The position numbers were made by a program, and so were the translations under genes. Positions 61,190 through 64,000 of a stretch of 64,000 bases of DNA are shown piece after piece. The notes under the pieces are model-generated. The model saw only the letters and a list, made by a program, of their open reading frames with translations, was not told the origin of the DNA and made no database searches. Location: assembly GCA_012026655.1 (NCBI GenBank), contig JAAILG010001427.1, positions 1 through 64,000 on the forward strand, written 5' to 3'. The DNA comes from Hydrolagus affinis. Taxonomy: Eukaryota. How positions within the stretch are numbered: position 1 is the first letter of the stretch; every line of letters begins with the position of its first letter.

Positions 61190-63945
61190 TTAAATGAGAT
61201 ATAAATATATATACTGCATATATATATATATATATATATATATGGGGGGAGGGGGAGAGAGGCGGAGTGTGAGGGGGGTGGGGAGGGGGGGGTTGTAAAT
61301 GTGAGAGAAAATAAAACAGTCGATGCCTTTCTCTAAACAAGAGGAGAGAATGAGACCAGCAGGAATTGGGAGAGTAAATAAATTGTGAGATTAGAGAGAG
61401 AGAGAGAGGGTGGGTGGGGGAAGAGAGAGGGAAGGGTGGGGAGCTCAATTGAAACCCCACACAATGCCACAGCCTCCATAGCTTTAGCCAACCACCATGA
61501 CCCTGGCTTCAAACAATAGAATATTCCAAAATGAGAATTCAAATGAGCATTTTTAGTGCATTGCCTGACAATAAAAGCCAGGGAGGAGGGCACCAGCTTC
61601 ACTTACGAAGCACCAGTTTACCCCCATATATATATATAAATATATATGTATATTATATATATTTTATATGTGTGTGTATATATATATAAAAGTAAACCCC
61701 CATTACCAAAAAAAAGTTGTGATTAACAGGGACAATTTCAGAGCCTTGGGACATCCTCCTGACGTGAAAAGTGCCTGAGAATGTAATTTTGTTGTTGCTG
61801 TAGCTGTTGTAAGGGAGATTTGTGCTTTTCTTTTTTATACTGTACATCTTTTTTTAAAAAATCCCAAATTGCTGATTCCTTAGGCAATTAAGTGTTTATT
61901 AACACAGGGCGGATCATGTAACACATTCAATGTTTATCTATCTCTCTCTCTCTGTGATTTGTTCCATTTAAAGTTGATATCCCATATATATATAGGTGTG
62001 TCTGCGCGTGTGTATACTGTATCTATATATATAGATACAGTATATATATAGATAGGGAGAGAGAGAGAAAGGATATCTTATTTGTTTCAACGTGTAAACG
62101 TTTTCTAAATTAAATCATTTCAATCCCACTGCTGTTTTTGCTTTCCCCGACTTCTAATTGTTGATGTGATATCTTTCATTTAGAAACGCGAGCTGTCCTT
62201 TGCGTTTGTGGTTTTGGTGAAATATACTAACTGTATAATAATGATTATTATTATTATATAATATCCCTCGGGTCCTTGTCACATCCCAAATTCTGGGGTA
62301 ACATCGACAGGATACAGACAGAGAGAGACACAGAGAAGGACTCACAGAGAGAGAGAGAGAAAAAGGTCTTTAAGGGCTTGGGTGATTCGAACAGTTTTAG
62401 TTTGCGTTTGAACCAGAAATCGTAGAGAAGCATTGGTAACGTTGTCAGGCAAAGGCGTTCACCTCAATTAGAAAGAGGGCAATGGGAACACACACACACA
62501 TAACACACACAGATAGATATATACTGTATACAATATATATATATATATATATAATACAAATAACAAACGGCCTATTTTGCCACCCATTTTCAGAGTGACT
62601 GACCTGATCCTCACACCAAATAAAAAGAAAAAAAAACGCAGAAGGAACTCGGAATCTTTTCACAAAAGCAGTTTTCTTGGGAGGTGGGAAAGGTTGTTTT
62701 CACAATACACACTGCACCGAGGTAATAGCATTCTCTGTGTGTGTGTTTGTGGTGTGTGTGTGTGTGTGTTTAATCAGAGATGCTGTGAATCGAGAATCTA
62801 GTTAGTTAGTTAGTTAGTGGATAGCTCCTGGCTCTGTCTCTTACCACCCCCCCTCTCTCTCTCTGTGTCTCTCTTTCTCTCTGTGTGTCTCTCTTTCTCT
62901 CACTCATACATGAAAATAAGAATTTCCTAGGCGACAGAAAACCAACTAGGTCTATCCTGTTGCCCTCTCACCCTCCTTCCTTTGCAGTCGCTGGCACATG
63001 GGCATGTCTCACAAACTGTATCCCCCAAGATATTAATTAATTCCTAACAGAAATATATCGAATTAATTCCTGAACGAACCGACATTCTGTTCTACCGTCT
63101 TGGAGACATAAACACACACACACAAACACACACAAACACACACACAAGTTTCTATCTTGAAGCTCAATGCTTCCACTGATGTTAAAATCACATATAAATA
63201 TACTGTATACACACATAATTGCAAACCATGTCCCTTTTTTCGTGCTGCGAGCTGAACGAGCGGCCTTCACTAAATATATACATATATACATATACTCTCT
63301 CACGCAAACGCACACACACAGAAACTCACACACAAAACAGCGAGAAATGTCTTTCAAAAAAATTGTTCCCGGAGCTCGTAAAAGTCACAGGACCGAGGAT
63401 AAATAAATTGCGACGTAAATAAATCAATCTTGAAAGCGTCAAAGCGTTCTGTTTAACAAAGAGTGAGTTGGCAGAGATTCAATGATTTTTTTTCTATCTA
63501 TATATAATATATATATATATCTATATACACACGCACACACAAAACACGTTTAGCTTGCTTTCCAAACACACATGTTGCTCTATAAACATGCAAGTTTATA
63601 CACATGCCTAGTTTAATCTAACCCCCCCCCACCCCCCGCCTCCCCCCTCCCACACACTCTCCCCCTCCCTCTGTGTATTAATCAGCAGAGAATTTACGAA
63701 GCCATGAGATGTATGTACGTGTGTGTGTGTGTGTGTGTGTGTGGAGAGAGAGAGCAAATCAGTGTGCGTTTCCACGCTTTTAATGTTAGTATTGAACTCG
63801 TATAATTCAGACTAGGATTCACCTACAAGTGACTTCTGCTGTTAAAAGGATAATTGAATCGCTGTAAAGTCGCGACGCCTTGTGTATGTGTGTGTGTGTC
63901 TATATGTGTGTGTATGTGTATATATATATATATATATATATAACT
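61190..63945. repeat. Microsatellite-dense zone: (TA)n, (CA)n/(TG)n, (GA)n, (TTAG)n and poly-C/G tracts
   Basis: Examples: (TA)n at 61218-61242, (TTAG)n at 62799-62818, (TG)n at 63720-63743 and (TA)n at 63919-63942. Confidence 0.9.
61741..61810 (+). mobile_element. L2 tail-only insertion
   Basis: gagccttgggacatcctcctgacgtgaaaagtgcctgagaatgtaattttgttgttgctg. Confidence 0.75.
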
Positions 63946-64000
63946 TCTCCACAAATGTCCTAACTTCCAGAATTATCCGGGGGAAAAACAAATCAACCAC

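Noticed and set aside
61598-61620. Strong minus-strand donor (GTAAGTG) as the end of an upstream BAHCC1 exon
   Set aside because: The would-be exon runs straight into (TA)n and encodes nothing like the expected PMASHT end.

Overview
This is vertebrate genomic DNA, most likely from a cartilaginous fish (chimaera/elephant-shark-like, inferred only from the tRNA/Deu/L2-tailed SINEs and CR1 tails). It is not prokaryotic, and nearly all ORFs in the track are spurious or retroelement debris. I can support one protein-coding feature: a 171-nt phase 1-1 internal exon on the minus strand (29446-29616) encoding (G/S)[56 protein letters not shown]. It matches the N-terminal region of BAHCC1, a BAH-domain H3K27me3 reader. 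I did not find the neighbouring exons by eye, so the rest of the window is probably two long BAHCC1 introns. These are filled with at least three SINE families, L2 and CR1 LINE fragments, microsatellites, G/C tracts, a 100-N assembly gap and several repeat-free, motif-dense blocks that look like enhancers. I found no evidence of a novel multi-gene system. The best leads are: (i) a 63-bp hairpin-only L2 insertion with a clean 6-bp TSD, plus several similar tail-only inserts; (ii) covarying 3' stem-loops with different loops in the SINEs and the L2; (iii) a near-perfect 17-bp intronic hairpin with an ETS core and a miR-34-like 5' end; (iv) a local three-copy repeat that preserves empty and SINE-filled sites; and (v) a possible antisense non-coding exon. 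Repeat boundaries are approximate, read by eye, and family names come from recalled consensus sequences, not searches.
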